Shown one piece after another: positions 47,607-58,030 of a DNA stretch of 64,000 nt. Under the pieces are notes generated by a model. The model was not told the DNA's origin. It saw only the letters and a list, made by a program, of their open reading frames with translations, and did no database searches. Source of the stretch: Dehalococcoidia bacterium (lineage in GTDB: Bacteria; Chloroflexota; Dehalococcoidia; SM23-28-2); assembly GCA_034429995.1 (NCBI GenBank), contig DAOUEZ010000033.1:22294-86293 (forward strand), read 5' to 3'. Every line of letters begins with the position of its first letter. The stretch's first letter is position 1. The translations under genes and the position numbers were made by a program.

Positions 47607-48036
47607 TTCCTTACTTTATGGTCGCCTCAGGGGCCCTGCCCGCCGAGCCCGCGTCTACCGCCCGGCCCTCGCAAGGCAGGGCCAGCAGGCCGAACGGGGA
47701 GCACGCTTGCGCTATCGCAACGCAGGCAAGAACCTCTGCCGGCTTGAAGTAGGCCACCTGCGGCATAAAAGCCACCCGTTGCCACTTGGTTGATCTTGGC
47801 GCGGCGTAGTATCAAGCAAGTTATGAAACTATGTCCATAATCACTTTACCACCAAGCACATGCGTTGTCACCGGGTTTGGAGGCCGGAGAAATTATCGCT
47901 GCCACGTTGAGGCAGCTCGCGGAGGCTCCCGCTCGTGGCAGACCCTGTCAACTCGTTCTGACTGACCGAGTCGACGTTCCCTGAAGTATAATGACCCGCA
48001 GGACATGGCTGTCTTAGTGGCAGAAGGGGAGACCTC

Positions 48037-48687
48037 ATGCAGGCTCTCGACCTAGAGCAGGCCGAGCGCTATGAAGCTTGGTACACCACTCCTTTCGGTC
48101 GGCGAGCGGATCGAGTGGAGAAGGAGATGCTGCAAGGGCTCCTGGCAGACTTTGGTGAATCTCACTCCCTCCTTGAGGTGGGTTGCGGCACTGGGCACTT
48201 CACGGACTGGTTCGCTTCTCTGGGACTACCGGTGATGGGCCTCGACCGGCTTCCTTCTATGTTGACCTTCGCTCGAGACCGGCGGCCCGATCTCCCTTTC
48301 GTGCTGGCTGACGTCGCCCATCTCCCGTTCGGCGAGGCGGCCTTCGATGTCGTGGCCTTTGTCACGGTACTCGAGTTCTTGGACGCCCCTGAGGCAGCGT
48401 TGCGGGAAGCCGAGCGGGTGGCCCGCCACGGGCTGATCCTGGTGAGTCTCAATCGCCTCAGCCCGGTAGCTGTGTGGCGCCGGCTTCGGAGGGCGGCCTC
48501 CTATCGCCGCGCCCGCTTCCTCTCACCTGGCCAACTGGAGCGCCTGGTTCGCAATTCCCTGGCATCCCGACCGATGACGATCCGCTGGCGCACAGGCCTC
48601 TACCCTATGCACTGGCTGGATCAATGCACGGCTCTCCCCTTTGGTGCCTTGGTCGCCCTGAGCGTTCGATTTGAGGAAGGAGGCTGA
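48037..48687 (+). CDS. Class I SAM-dependent methyltransferase.
   Basis: 'LLEVGCGTGHFT' motif I. Acidic motif II 'VLADVAHLPF'. Confidence 0.7.
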   Translation: MQALDLEQAERYEAWYTTPFGRRADRVEKEMLQGLLADFGESHSLLEVGCGTGHFTDWFASLGLPVMGLDRLPSMLTFARDRRPDLPFVLADVAHLPFGEAAFDVVAFVTVLEFLDAPEAALREAERVARHGLILVSLNRLSPVAVWRRLRRAASYRRARFLSPGQLERLVRNSLASRPMTIRWRTGLYPMHWLDQCTALPFGALVALSVRFEEGG

Positions 48688-48690
48688 AGC

Positions 48691-48942
48691 ATGGAGGTGG
48701 CAGCACAGGTTAGCCTGTATCCCCTGCGCCAACCGGGGCTGTCCTCGGCGATCGAGCGCGCCCTTGCTGTCTTCAGGGAGCACGAACTGACAGTCAGCCC
48801 TGGCTCCATGAGCACTGTGGTGTCGGGGGACTATGACAGGCTGTTTGATGCCCTCAAACAGGCATTCCGGCAGGCGGCGGAGCAGGGAGAGACAGTGATG
48901 GTAGTCACCCTTTCCAACGCTTGTCCCATCCCCGGCAGTTGA
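48691..48942 (+). CDS. MTH1187/YkoF-like (DUF77) small ligand-binding protein.
   Basis: 83 aa. 'VSLYPLRQP...SSAIERALAVFREHELTVSPGSMSTVVSGD' follows the MTH1187 beta-alpha-beta-beta-alpha-beta pattern. 4 nt after the methyltransferase stop. Confidence 0.45.
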   Translation: MEVAAQVSLYPLRQPGLSSAIERALAVFREHELTVSPGSMSTVVSGDYDRLFDALKQAFRQAAEQGETVMVVTLSNACPIPGS

Positions 48943-49071
48943 GGCCGGCTTCCATCCAAGAGGTGTGTGCCATGCGACCCATCTGGGATTATCGGCCCTT
49001 GACCACTGGCCAGTTTACGGCTCGGCGATGGTTGGATAGCTTGGGGGGCCGCAGGTCTTGCGCGCTCGTGC

Positions 49072-50715
49072 TCACTCCAGCACCGCGCCCTTTGCGGCCG
49101 AGCTCACCAGCTTGACGTAGCGCCGCATGAAACCGGACGGGATCTCCCGTTCCACGGGCTTCCAGCCCTTCAGGCGGTTCCTGATTTCCTCGTCGTTCAG
49201 CTTCACCTCGAGCTTCCTGGCCGGGATATCAATGAAAATCTCGTCCCCGTCCCTCACGGCGGCAATGGGCCCGCCGACATAGGCCTCAGAGGAGACATGG
49301 CCAATGCAGGGACCGGCCGTGGCGCCTGAAAACCTACCGTCGGTGATCAGGGCCACGCGCCTGAAGCCAGCCAACTCCAATCCCAGAGTCACCGCCAGGG
49401 TCTCCGCCATCCCGGGGCCGCCCTTGGGCCCTTCGTTCCGGATCACGACTACCTCCCCCTCCTGGATAGTCCTTTCCCGGATGGCCTTCAGGCAGTCGTG
49501 CTCCGACTCGAAGACGCGCGCCTTCCCGGAGAAGACAAGCATATCCTTGGCGACAGCCGATTGCTTCACTACAGCGCCCTCCGGCGCCAGGTTCCCCGTT
49601 AGAATGACCGTACTCCCCTCCGGCATATGGGCATTCGCCTTGTCAGGAATGATCGTCTCATTCAGGATAACAGCCCCGTTGATGATATCACCGGTGGTCT
49701 TACCGGTGACGGTGAGGGCGTCGAGGTGGAGATCCTCTGCCAGCCGCCTCATTACCGCGGGAATGCCCCCGGCCATGTAGAGGTCGGTGACGCCATAAGG
49801 CCCGTTGGGCGATATGGCGCAGAGGGTGGGGATTCTCTTGTTGAAGTCGTTGAAGACCTTCAGCGGGAGGTCGAAGCCGACCTCATGAGCCAGAGCCGGC
49901 AAGTGAAGGGTGGAATTCGTCGAGCCGCCGATGGCCAGGTCTACCATGACCGCGTTCTCGATGGCCTTGGGAGTCAGAATCTTGTCCGCTGTGAGCTCCT
50001 CTTCCACCATCTCCACGATCCGCTTTCCCGCCATCCGAGCGAAAAGGAGCTTCTCCACATGATAGGCAGGGACGTTCGCCGAACGGGGCAGGGAGAGGCC
50101 CAACGCCTCGGTGAGGCACTGCATGGTGTTGGCGGTTCCCATCAGCTCACACGCACCGCAGGTTGCGGGCGTGGCCGTCGCGAGCTTGTCCCCCAGGTCC
50201 TCGTAAGAGTCGCGGTCGACGCTCCCCTTAAAGGTGTTCTTGAAGCGGATGCTCCATGCGCTGGGACCGCCCGTGATGAAGATGGCGGGGAGATTCAGCC
50301 GGGCCGCCGCCATCAGCATCCCAGGGACGATCTTGTCGCAGCCGGCAATGAACACGACACCGTCGTACATCATGCTTCGCACGTGGGTTTCGACGATATC
50401 CGCAATCAGGTCCCGCTGGGCCAGGACAAACCGCATCCCCTCATGCCCCTCGGTGATCCCGTCGCAGGGGGCTGGCACGCTGAACTCGAAGGGGATGCCC
50501 CCAGCAGCATGCACCCCTTCCCTCACCCGCTGGGCGATGGTGTCCAGGTGCATATGGCCCGGGTTGATTTCCGTCTGAGAATTGGCGCTGGCGATGATGG
50601 GCTTCTGCTTCCCCTCCTCGATATCGATCCCCGTACCCTGGAGAATGCACTTGCGGACTAAGCTGATAGGGAAGTCTTTGTCATCAAAAATAAGATTACT
50701 CTTGGGTTTCTTCAC
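49072..50715 (-). CDS. IlvD/EDD-family dehydratase (short type; sugar-acid or dihydroxy-acid dehydratase).
   Basis: 'PCDGITEGHEGM' and 'CDKIVPGMLMAAARLNLP' Fe-S cluster ligand regions. 547 aa. Confidence 0.8.
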   Translation of the reverse strand: MKKPKSNLIFDDKDFPISLVRKCILQGTGIDIEEGKQKPIIASANSQTEINPGHMHLDTIAQRVREGVHAAGGIPFEFSVPAPCDGITEGHEGMRFVLAQRDLIADIVETHVRSMMYDGVVFIAGCDKIVPGMLMAAARLNLPAIFITGGPSAWSIRFKNTFKGSVDRDSYEDLGDKLATATPATCGACELMGTANTMQCLTEALGLSLPRSANVPAYHVEKLLFARMAGKRIVEMVEEELTADKILTPKAIENAVMVDLAIGGSTNSTLHLPALAHEVGFDLPLKVFNDFNKRIPTLCAISPNGPYGVTDLYMAGGIPAVMRRLAEDLHLDALTVTGKTTGDIINGAVILNETIIPDKANAHMPEGSTVILTGNLAPEGAVVKQSAVAKDMLVFSGKARVFESEHDCLKAIRERTIQEGEVVVIRNEGPKGGPGMAETLAVTLGLELAGFRRVALITDGRFSGATAGPCIGHVSSEAYVGGPIAAVRDGDEIFIDIPARKLEVKLNDEEIRNRLKGWKPVEREIPSGFMRRYVKLVSSAAKGAVLE

Positions 50716-51174
50716 AACGGCCTCCTGCTCAAACGCTTATGAACACCTTCCCGTCGCCATTGACATCACCCACAGCCACTGACCGCCCAAAGTAGGCGTC
50801 TACCTGGGGGTTAGGGATATCCTAAGTGAAGATTGGGCTATGATTCCAATCCCAATGCATTGCTCCATGGACGTCTCTGTGAGATCTCCTCATCGGAAGA
50901 GAGCAAACCTAGCATGAAGGAATCGACACACTACGCTTTCACGTGGAGAGAGCGGCTGAGCGGTCTTATCAAGGCAGCGAGCCGGGCAAGATCGTTCATG
51001 GTCCTGGATTCGACTTATGAGTCATAGGCAAGAATAGCACATTAGGACAGAGGCCGGGTTTGCAGATGTCGACAACATTCGCTGCACGACATTAGCGCCG
51101 GAGCCAAACAGGTAGAGAGCCTGCCTCAGAAGCAGAAAATCATCGGTCGGCGATCAGTGCCGTCAGGCGACCCG

Positions 51175-51299
51175 GATTGTCAATCAGGACGTGCTGGCCA
51201 GATGGATCATGCGGGCGGGTACCCCACAGCCTCGTGGCTAGCCCAAATAGCTCAGCACGTCAACCCTCCAGATATGGCTAACATTTTGGCACCCCACAG
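51175..51299 (-). repeat. Copy C of the conserved noncoding element family; lacks the tRNA-like T-arm portion. Sits at the edge of a low-GC island.
   Basis: Contains 'ttgtcaatcaggacg', 'ggctagcccaaatagctcagcacgtcaaccctcc' and 'ttggcaccccacag' blocks shared with A and D. Confidence 0.45.
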
Positions 51300-51334
51300 G
51301 TATATGATCTGAAGATGGTAGCGAGGGGCCGGGG

Positions 51335-51988
51335 ATGCATGCTTATTATCCAGAGTCGAAGGTTGAAGTCACCGGGTTTATAGCAAAACATTATGATCTA
51401 GTAATGGATATTATAACGTTGGGTAAGTATTCTTCTTTCATACGAAAAGCTGTTCGATTAATGGCAATTAGGCCAGATGATAAAATTCTTGATTTAGGGG
51501 CAGGGACAGGTAGGAATGCCTGTTTGATGATGAGATATCTTTCTGCAAGAGGAGAATTGGTAGCACTTGATATCTCTGAAGAGATGATTTCGCAATTCAA
51601 AAAGAATTGCGGCCATTTTTCCAATGCTGCAATCATCAATAAGAGGATCGACCAGGATCTAAGCTATGAAGGGTATTTTGAGAAGGTTTTTATTTCTTTT
51701 GTGTTGCATGGATTTCCTCAGGAGGCTAGGGACCAGATTATTAGGAATGCCTTTAAGGCATTAAAAAAGGATGGGACATTTTTTATCCTGGACTACAATG
51801 AATTTTCGCTAAAAGAAATGCCTTTCTATCTAAGGATTCCTTTTAAACTCATAGAGTGCCCTTACGCGTTTGATTTTATCGAAAAAGATTGGAAAGAGCT
51901 ATTGTCCTCGCAAGGGTTCAGCAATTTTAGGGAGCATCCCTTCTTCGGCGGTTATGGACGATTGCTTAGCGGGGTAAAATCGATATGA
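51335..51988 (+). CDS. Class I SAM-dependent methyltransferase, encoded in a low-GC (~40%) island.
   Basis: 'ILDLGAGTGRNA' motif I. AT-rich codon usage contrasts with the rest of the window. Confidence 0.65.
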   Translation: MHAYYPESKVEVTGFIAKHYDLVMDIITLGKYSSFIRKAVRLMAIRPDDKILDLGAGTGRNACLMMRYLSARGELVALDISEEMISQFKKNCGHFSNAAIINKRIDQDLSYEGYFEKVFISFVLHGFPQEARDQIIRNAFKALKKDGTFFILDYNEFSLKEMPFYLRIPFKLIECPYAFDFIEKDWKELLSSQGFSNFREHPFFGGYGRLLSGVKSI

Positions 51989-52485
51989 TAGAGCAACTGA
52001 GCTTTAAGTTGAAGCGGATTGGGGTCATTCGCACCCCGTATATAGACAACGCACCATATCAGCCGCTGGATGAAGCCAAAGGAGATTTCCGTGTAGTCGT
52101 TGATTCCCAATATGCGGACGGGCTTTATAAGCTTGCGAAATTCCATTATATCTACGTCATCTATTACATACACCACATTGTGCGAAGATTGTCAATGATT
52201 GTATCTCCTCCATGGGCCGGCGGTGCGAGGGTTGGCCTGTTTGCAAGCAGGTCACCAGTCCGCCCAAATCCCATTGGTCTTAGCGTTGTTCGCATAAAAT
52301 CCATTGTAAATAACGAAATCCACACATCAGGCTTGGACGTGTTTGATGGAACCCCGCTTCTTGATATCAAACCCTACATAAACGATCTGGATTCCAAATG
52401 TGATGCCAATTATGGCTGGATTGAAGAGATGGATGACAAGGAACATCTCCTTTTACATATCAAGGGTATTCCTCATGACTACTGA
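51985..52485 (+). CDS. TsaA/TrmO (YaeB, UPF0066)-like SAM-dependent methyltransferase domain protein.
   Basis: 'IGVIRTPY', 'FHYIYVIYY', 'GLFASRSPVRPNPIGLSVVRI' and 'DGTPLLDIKPYI' match TsaA family motifs. ATGA overlap with the upstream methyltransferase. Confidence 0.65.
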   Translation: MIEQLSFKLKRIGVIRTPYIDNAPYQPLDEAKGDFRVVVDSQYADGLYKLAKFHYIYVIYYIHHIVRRLSMIVSPPWAGGARVGLFASRSPVRPNPIGLSVVRIKSIVNNEIHTSGLDVFDGTPLLDIKPYINDLDSKCDANYGWIEEMDDKEHLLLHIKGIPHDY

Positions 52486-52681
52486 GATAATGCAGATGAG
52501 AGCAACTTCATATAACGGCGAGTATGCGGTTCGCTTACGCTCGGTCAAGTCCCGGAAGTTGTTGAAATTGGTTGAAGGGCGGCTCCCCTCCAGATACGAT
52601 TCATGTCCTGCGCGACAGCAGCAAAGATGCGCAGGACCGATGTGGGTGGTCAGCAACTTTCGGAATCTGTATAAGCAGTTC

Positions 52682-53623
52682 CTAATGGACACCTGGAGGC
52701 TTGCTCTTGCTCCCCAGGAGGCGATAGCGTATCGCCCAAGGGAAAGGAGCAGGCAATGCCACAGGAACGTCCTCCAGGGGATAGTCGGAGCCGGGCCACC
52801 AGAACTGAAGCTCATCGAGCGTATCGCCGAACTTCTCCGTTACGAAATCGAGATCAGGCCTGGGACCACAGAAATGGGTTGTAACCGGCACATCGCGGCC
52901 CATCACCTCTCTGACCCTCTCTTTGATCCTCTCCAGGCCCTCCATCTCCAGCCGGGCTATCTCCTCCTTGAACTCCGGGAGGGCGAGGTCCTTATCCAGG
53001 CTGGCGAAACCGTAGTTGATATTCGTTAGCCTGTCTTTCCAGGGCTCAAGGCTGCCCAAGTAATAATCTACGGTCCAATCCATCATCACTCTTTCTACCG
53101 CCCCGAAGACGGCTTCCGGAAAGAGGATCAGGTCCCTCAGGGCCTCTTTTACTCCCACTAGGAGGGCAAGGTTGGACACCGGCCCATAGCCTCCCTGCCT
53201 GAAGGCGACTTTGTCGCCGATTTCGTCGGAAACGATCTCGGAGGCCTTGGCCAGCACTTTGGCTCTCTCTCCTGCGAAGGGGTCGCGATATTCGAGCTCC
53301 TCGTAGACCTTCGGGTCGGGCCTCGTGCGGTCGGCGAGCGTCTTCTTGGGGTAGATGAGGCTGTCAGTGATGTAGACCTCCACCCCGTACGGCTCCAACG
53401 CCCACCACAGGTCGGAGTTCACCACGGACACGTCCGTCTTGTACTTCTGCACGTACCTGATGTGGCCAAGGGCTATCTTATCTGGATCGAAAGCAAACTG
53501 GCGCATGGAAACGCCCGACAGAGCCAGAGCCAGGTCAACCGACCAGTGCAGGAGCGGCACCTTGTCGGGCGTCTCTCCATGCAGATAGCACAGTAACCTT
53601 TCTGCCCCCGTCATCTCAGCCAT
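52682..53623 (-). CDS. URO-D-fold MtaA-like methyltransferase homolog. 313 aa (somewhat short); possibly decayed.
   Basis: 'ERLLCYLHGETPDKVPL' N-terminus resembles MtaA-like enzymes at 28650 and 29888. The opposite-strand ORF 52400..53029 was judged spurious. Confidence 0.4.
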   Translation of the reverse strand: MAEMTGAERLLCYLHGETPDKVPLLHWSVDLALALSGVSMRQFAFDPDKIALGHIRYVQKYKTDVSVVNSDLWWALEPYGVEVYITDSLIYPKKTLADRTRPDPKVYEELEYRDPFAGERAKVLAKASEIVSDEIGDKVAFRQGGYGPVSNLALLVGVKEALRDLILFPEAVFGAVERVMMDWTVDYYLGSLEPWKDRLTNINYGFASLDKDLALPEFKEEIARLEMEGLERIKERVREVMGRDVPVTTHFCGPRPDLDFVTEKFGDTLDELQFWWPGSDYPLEDVPVALPAPFPWAIRYRLLGSKSKPPGVH

Positions 53624-53970
53624 TAGACTCCCTCCCTAAGTTCGCGCAGCAATCTGTTCGCCTCTTCCACCGCCTGGGGAGCGTTTGGGGCCCAGCCATC
53701 GGCTCCTATCTCCGCCGCCCATCTATCGGAGGTTACGGCGCCGCCGACGATGACCTTAAGGTTGTCTCTCAGGTCTCTGGCCTGCAGCATCCCTATCGTC
53801 GCTCTCTGCAAGGGGAGGCAGGCTATGATCATGCTGGCCAGAGCCCGCTTTGCTGCCGCCTCGGCCTCAAAGTAGTTGAAGGCCAAGAAACTCTCGACTA
53901 TGTCTTCTAGATGTTGTTTCATATCCTGCTCCAGCTCTTGAACCTCCGCTGGTGCTCTTCGGCAGCCCAT
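53623..53970 (-). pseudogene. Remnant of a cobalamin-binding corrinoid protein. Cap helix plus C-terminal half of the Rossmann domain; DxHxxG segment missing.
   Basis: 'KVIVGGAVTSDRWAAEIGADGWAPNAPQAVEEANRLL' parallels 'KVMIGGAPVTSAFAQDVGADGYAPDASSAVALARRLV' of 25206..25841. Only 115 aa and no His-ligand motif. Confidence 0.4.
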
Positions 53971-54159
53971 TCTAATCCCTCCACGCTCTCCTTGGGAAGG
54001 CCGCCTGCTGGAGAGAACTGCGAGAAGTCGAGCAGGCGGGGCCTGAATCCGGCATCATCAACGCTCTGGCTTCTGGCTCCTATGGCTAGGTGGTATTATC
54101 GGAGAGGCGGCTGGAATGGCTGGGGCAACACGAGCAAGCACGGCTGGTGGGAACTAAGT

Positions 54160-54564
54160 ATGCTGTATTGCGAAGCGATCAAACGTCAGCCGGCCGATCT
54201 GTCACGTGTGCTTGAGGAGGCAAGACCAGTCGCGGCTCAGGCCGCGGAGCGGCTGGCGCAAGCGACTCGTCTCTATCTGTGTGGGGTAGGCACCAGTTTC
54301 CATGCCGCCCAAGTTGGGGAGGCACTCTTCAGGGCATTTGGAGTTGACGCCTGGGCAGTCCATTCCTTCGACTTTGCTGTCCACCCGCCGCCGCTCTCCA
54401 CAGACCACGCGGTCTTGGTCATCAGCCACGAGGGAACCACGACCTATTCTGTGGAGGCGATGCATCTCGCCGAACGGCGTGCGGGGAAAGGAGATAAGTT
54501 GCCAGCGCAAGCTGCGGGTATTATTCTGAGCACATCCGGAGGAGATGTAGCACCATGCTTCTGA
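54160..54564 (+). CDS. SIS (sugar isomerase) domain protein. Short, possibly truncated.
   Basis: 'LYLCGVGTSFHAAQVGEALF...VLVISHEGTT' phosphosugar-binding SIS signature. 134 aa. Overlaps the start of the TPP enzyme by 10 nt. Confidence 0.35.
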   Translation: MLYCEAIKRQPADLSRVLEEARPVAAQAAERLAQATRLYLCGVGTSFHAAQVGEALFRAFGVDAWAVHSFDFAVHPPPLSTDHAVLVISHEGTTTYSVEAMHLAERRAGKGDKLPAQAAGIILSTSGGDVAPCF

Positions 54565-56354
54565 CGGGCGGAGAGATCGTCGCCGAGCATCTTGTTGGTA
54601 GGGGCGTTCCCTATCTAGTGGGTATCCCCGGCCACGGCTGCCTGGGGCTCCTGGACGCCTTCAAATCGCGCGAGGGGCAGATAAGGGTCATCCAGGTTCG
54701 CCACGAGCAGAGCGCTGTCCACCTGGCCGACGGCTTCTATCGGGTGAGCGGGCAGCCCCTGGCGGTGTTCACCTCCATCGGCCCAGGGGCGGCCAACGCG
54801 GTGGTCGGGCTGGCTACTGCCTTCGTCGACTCCACGCCGGTCCTCGTCCTCTGCGGCGATGTACACACCTACATGTTCGGCCGTGGTGTCCTCCAGGAGG
54901 TGGAGCGCCAGCACTGGGCCGATTTGGCTCGCATCTTCCAGCCGGTTACCAAGCGCTACTGGCAGGTCACCCGGGTGGAACAGCTTCCCCAGGTGATGAA
55001 CCGCGCCTTCAGCGAGATGCTGACTGGCCGCCGCGGTCCGGTGGTCGTCTCGCTGCCTATGGATGTCCAGGCGGAGGCGGCTGAGGTTGAGCTAACGTTA
55101 ACGATGACGGAGCTGCCCCGTCCGACGGGCGCGGACCCAGCAGACGTGCGGCGGGCTGTCGAGCTGCTGCTCGCCGCCAAGCGGCCGCTGATCCTGGCCG
55201 GCGGCGGCGTTCTCGCTGCCGAGGCATCGGAGCCGTTGCAAGCCCTGGCCGAGCACCTGGGTGCGGCCGTTATTACCACCTTCGCTGGCAAGAGCTGCTT
55301 CCCCGAGGATCACCCCCTGTACGGCTGGCATGCCGGCTCCAAGGGCACTACCTGTGGCAACTATCTGGCCCGCTCGGCCGATGTTCTCCTGGCTGTGGGT
55401 TGCCGTTTTGCCGACCAGACTACCTCCTCCTTCCGCCAGGGCATCAGCTTCGCCATCCCGCCCACTCAGCTCATCCACGTGGACATCGACCCCGGCGAGA
55501 TAGGGAAGAACTATGCGGCTGCCGTCGGGCTGGTCGGCGACGCCCGCGCCGTCCTCCAGCAACTGGTGGAAGAAGTACGGGCGCGCGCCCCCAAGCGGGA
55601 GTATGAGGGCAGTCCCTACTTCGAGGAGATCCAGCGGATTAAGGAGGACTGGCTTCGGGAGCTGAGCCCCTTCCGCGATTCCGAGCGGGTGCCAGTCACC
55701 ATTTCTCGCTTCATCCGCGAGCTGCGGGCGTCCCTGAAGCGAGATGCTATCGTCGTCACCTCCGCCGGTCATCCCCAGGCCCAGGTCTTGCAGGAGTTTG
55801 CCTTCTATCAGCCGCGCAGCAACGTCACCGCCGCCGGTTTCTCCACCATGGGATTCACCCTGCCCGCCGCCATCGGCGCTAAACTGGCGGCGCCCGACCG
55901 CCAGGTGGTGGGCGTGGTGGGCGACGGCGACTTCATGATGACCATGCAGGAGCTGGCTACCGCCGTTCAGTACAAGGTGCCGGTGGTCATCGCCGTTCTC
56001 AACAACATCGGCTGGCAGTCCATCCGTGACCTCCAGATCGCCACCCTCGGGCCGGAGCGGGTGCTGGCCACCGAGTTCCTGCGGGAGGGCCAGCCCTACA
56101 GCCCCAACTTCGCCGATATCGCCGCCGCCTTCGGTTGCCACAGCGAGCGCATCCAGTCGGGAGAAGAGGTGGGCCTAGCTCTGGCCCGCGCCTTCCAGTC
56201 GGGTCGCCCCAGCCTTATCGAGGTGATGGTCAACCGCGAGTACCCCTACTCCGGCGGCCTGGTGACTGGCTGGTGGGATGTGCCCGTCCCCGCCTACCTC
56301 AAAGAGCGGCGACAGGCCTATGAGCAGGAGCGCAGGGAGGAGAGGCTGAGCTGA
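54555..56354 (+). CDS. Thiamine diphosphate-dependent enzyme of the acetolactate synthase / sulfoacetaldehyde acetyltransferase-like family.
   Basis: N-terminal '[25 protein letters not shown]' Pyr domain. '[15 protein letters not shown]' TPP-binding GDG(x)24-27N region. Confidence 0.8.
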   Translation: MLLTGGEIVAEHLVGRGVPYLVGIPGHGCLGLLDAFKSREGQIRVIQVRHEQSAVHLADGFYRVSGQPLAVFTSIGPGAANAVVGLATAFVDSTPVLVLCGDVHTYMFGRGVLQEVERQHWADLARIFQPVTKRYWQVTRVEQLPQVMNRAFSEMLTGRRGPVVVSLPMDVQAEAAEVELTLTMTELPRPTGADPADVRRAVELLLAAKRPLILAGGGVLAAEASEPLQALAEHLGAAVITTFAGKSCFPEDHPLYGWHAGSKGTTCGNYLARSADVLLAVGCRFADQTTSSFRQGISFAIPPTQLIHVDIDPGEIGKNYAAAVGLVGDARAVLQQLVEEVRARAPKREYEGSPYFEEIQRIKEDWLRELSPFRDSERVPVTISRFIRELRASLKRDAIVVTSAGHPQAQVLQEFAFYQPRSNVTAAGFSTMGFTLPAAIGAKLAAPDRQVVGVVGDGDFMMTMQELATAVQYKVPVVIAVLNNIGWQSIRDLQIATLGPERVLATEFLREGQPYSPNFADIAAAFGCHSERIQSGEEVGLALARAFQSGRPSLIEVMVNREYPYSGGLVTGWWDVPVPAYLKERRQAYEQERREERLS

Positions 56355-56434
56355 GGGGCGGAGGCAAGAAGGGGGGCAGCAGAGGCCTTCTGGAGGGCCT
56401 GACGGGCGCCTATCCGCGCGCCCTCTATCGGGCT

Positions 56435-58021
56435 GTGGGCTTCAGCGAGCGAGACTTCACCAGGCCTACGGTCGCCATCGTTAACTCCTGGAGCGAGACG
56501 ACGCCCGGCCATCACCACCTGCGCGACCTGGCGATGGCGGTGAAGGAGGGCGTGCGGGAGGCGGGCGGCATGCCGGTCGAGTTCAACACCGTCGCCCCCT
56601 GCGACGGCATCGCCCAGGGGCCCGGCATGCGCTACGTCCTACCCTTGAGAGACGTGATCGCCGCCTCCATCGAGCTGATGATCGAGGCTCACCGCTTCGA
56701 TGCCGTGGTCATGCTGGGCACCTGCGACAAGATCGTCCCCGCTATGCTGATGGCCGCCGCCCGAGTCAACCTGCCGACCATCTTCTTGACCGGCGGCCCT
56801 ATGCTCCCCTGGTACAAGGAGGGGCGAGCGGTCGTTCTGAGCGATGTGAAGGAGGGGATGGGCCACCGCCAAGCCGGCAAGATGAGCGAGGAGGAGTTCT
56901 ACTCGCTGGAGTGCAATGCCTGCGGCGGGCCCGGGGCTTGCGCCTTCATGGGGACGGCCAATACCATGAACTGCCTGGTGGAGGCCATGGGCCTGTCCCT
57001 GCCTGGCTGCGGCACCCTGCCCGCTGTAGCACCTGAGCGTCTCGAACTCGCTCGCGCCAGCGGCCGCCGCATCGTGGAGCTGTGGCAGAAGGATCTGCGG
57101 TTCAGCCAGGTCGCCAGCCTGGGCGCTCTGGCCAACGCGGTGAGGGTATTGCAGGCCATCGGTGGCTCCACCAATGCCGTGCTGCACCTGCTGGCCCTCG
57201 CGGAAGAATTGGACGTGGAGCTTGACCTCCAGACCTTCGACGATATCGGGCGGCAGGTTCCCCTGGTGGGGAAGTTCAAGCCGGCCTCGCCCCTGACGGT
57301 GGTCGACCTGCACGAAGCGGGCGGCGTGCCGGGGGTGCTGCGTCGGCTAGCACCCCTGCTGGATGGCGACCTGCCCAGCGTGAGCGGCCAGACCATTGGC
57401 CAGATCGCGGCGGCCGCCGCCGACTGTCATCCGGATGTCCTGCGGCCTTTGGATGACCCCCTGGCCCCAGAAGGCGGCATTGCCATCCTTCATGGCTCGC
57501 TGGCGCCGGCAGGGGCGGTGGTCAAGCAAAGCGGCGTAGAGCCGCGGATGATGCGTCACCGCGGCCCCGCTCGCGTCTTCGAGAGCGAGGAAGACCTGCG
57601 CGACGGGCTGCTCGCTCAGAAGGTGCAGGCCGGCGACGTGCTAGTCATTCGCAACGAGGGGCCCCGGGGTGGGCCGGGCATGAGGGAGCTGTCTATTCCC
57701 GCCGCCCTGCTGGTGGGCATGGGCCTGGCTGAAAGCGTGGCTATGGTCACCGATGGCCGCTTCTCGGGGGCTACTCGCGGCCCCTGCATCGGCCACGCAG
57801 CGCCGGAGGCCCACGACGGCGGGCCCATCGCCCTGGTCCACGACGGGGATCTCATCGAGATCAACATCCCCCAGCGCAGGCTCGACCTGCTGGTCGAGGC
57901 GGACACGCTGGCGCAGCGGCGGCGCCGCTGGCGACGGCGGCAATCGCCTCTCGCCGACGGTTTCCTCGCCCTCTATGCCCAGCGGGTGGGCCCAGCGGAC
58001 CGAGGGGCCGTGCTCCGCTAG
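56435..58021 (+). CDS. Second IlvD/EDD-family dehydratase. True start probably upstream of the annotated GTG at a non-standard initiation codon.
   Basis: '[10 protein letters not shown]' and '[20 protein letters not shown]'. Upstream in-frame '[18 protein letters not shown]' is the conserved N-terminal helix of this family but has no ATG/GTG/TTG. Confidence 0.75.
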   Translation: MGFSERDFTRPTVAIVNSWSETTPGHHHLRDLAMAVKEGVREAGGMPVEFNTVAPCDGIAQGPGMRYVLPLRDVIAASIELMIEAHRFDAVVMLGTCDKIVPAMLMAAARVNLPTIFLTGGPMLPWYKEGRAVVLSDVKEGMGHRQAGKMSEEEFYSLECNACGGPGACAFMGTANTMNCLVEAMGLSLPGCGTLPAVAPERLELARASGRRIVELWQKDLRFSQVASLGALANAVRVLQAIGGSTNAVLHLLALAEELDVELDLQTFDDIGRQVPLVGKFKPASPLTVVDLHEAGGVPGVLRRLAPLLDGDLPSVSGQTIGQIAAAAADCHPDVLRPLDDPLAPEGGIAILHGSLAPAGAVVKQSGVEPRMMRHRGPARVFESEEDLRDGLLAQKVQAGDVLVIRNEGPRGGPGMRELSIPAALLVGMGLAESVAMVTDGRFSGATRGPCIGHAAPEAHDGGPIALVHDGDLIEINIPQRRLDLLVEADTLAQRRRRWRRRQSPLADGFLALYAQRVGPADRGAVLR

Positions 58022-58030
58022 GGAGGCGTC

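Noticed and set aside
52400-53029. 209-aa plus-strand ORF overlapping the MtaA-like gene
   Set aside because: No family resemblance. The minus-strand ORF has a URO-D-fold-like N-terminus, although itself of modest confidence.
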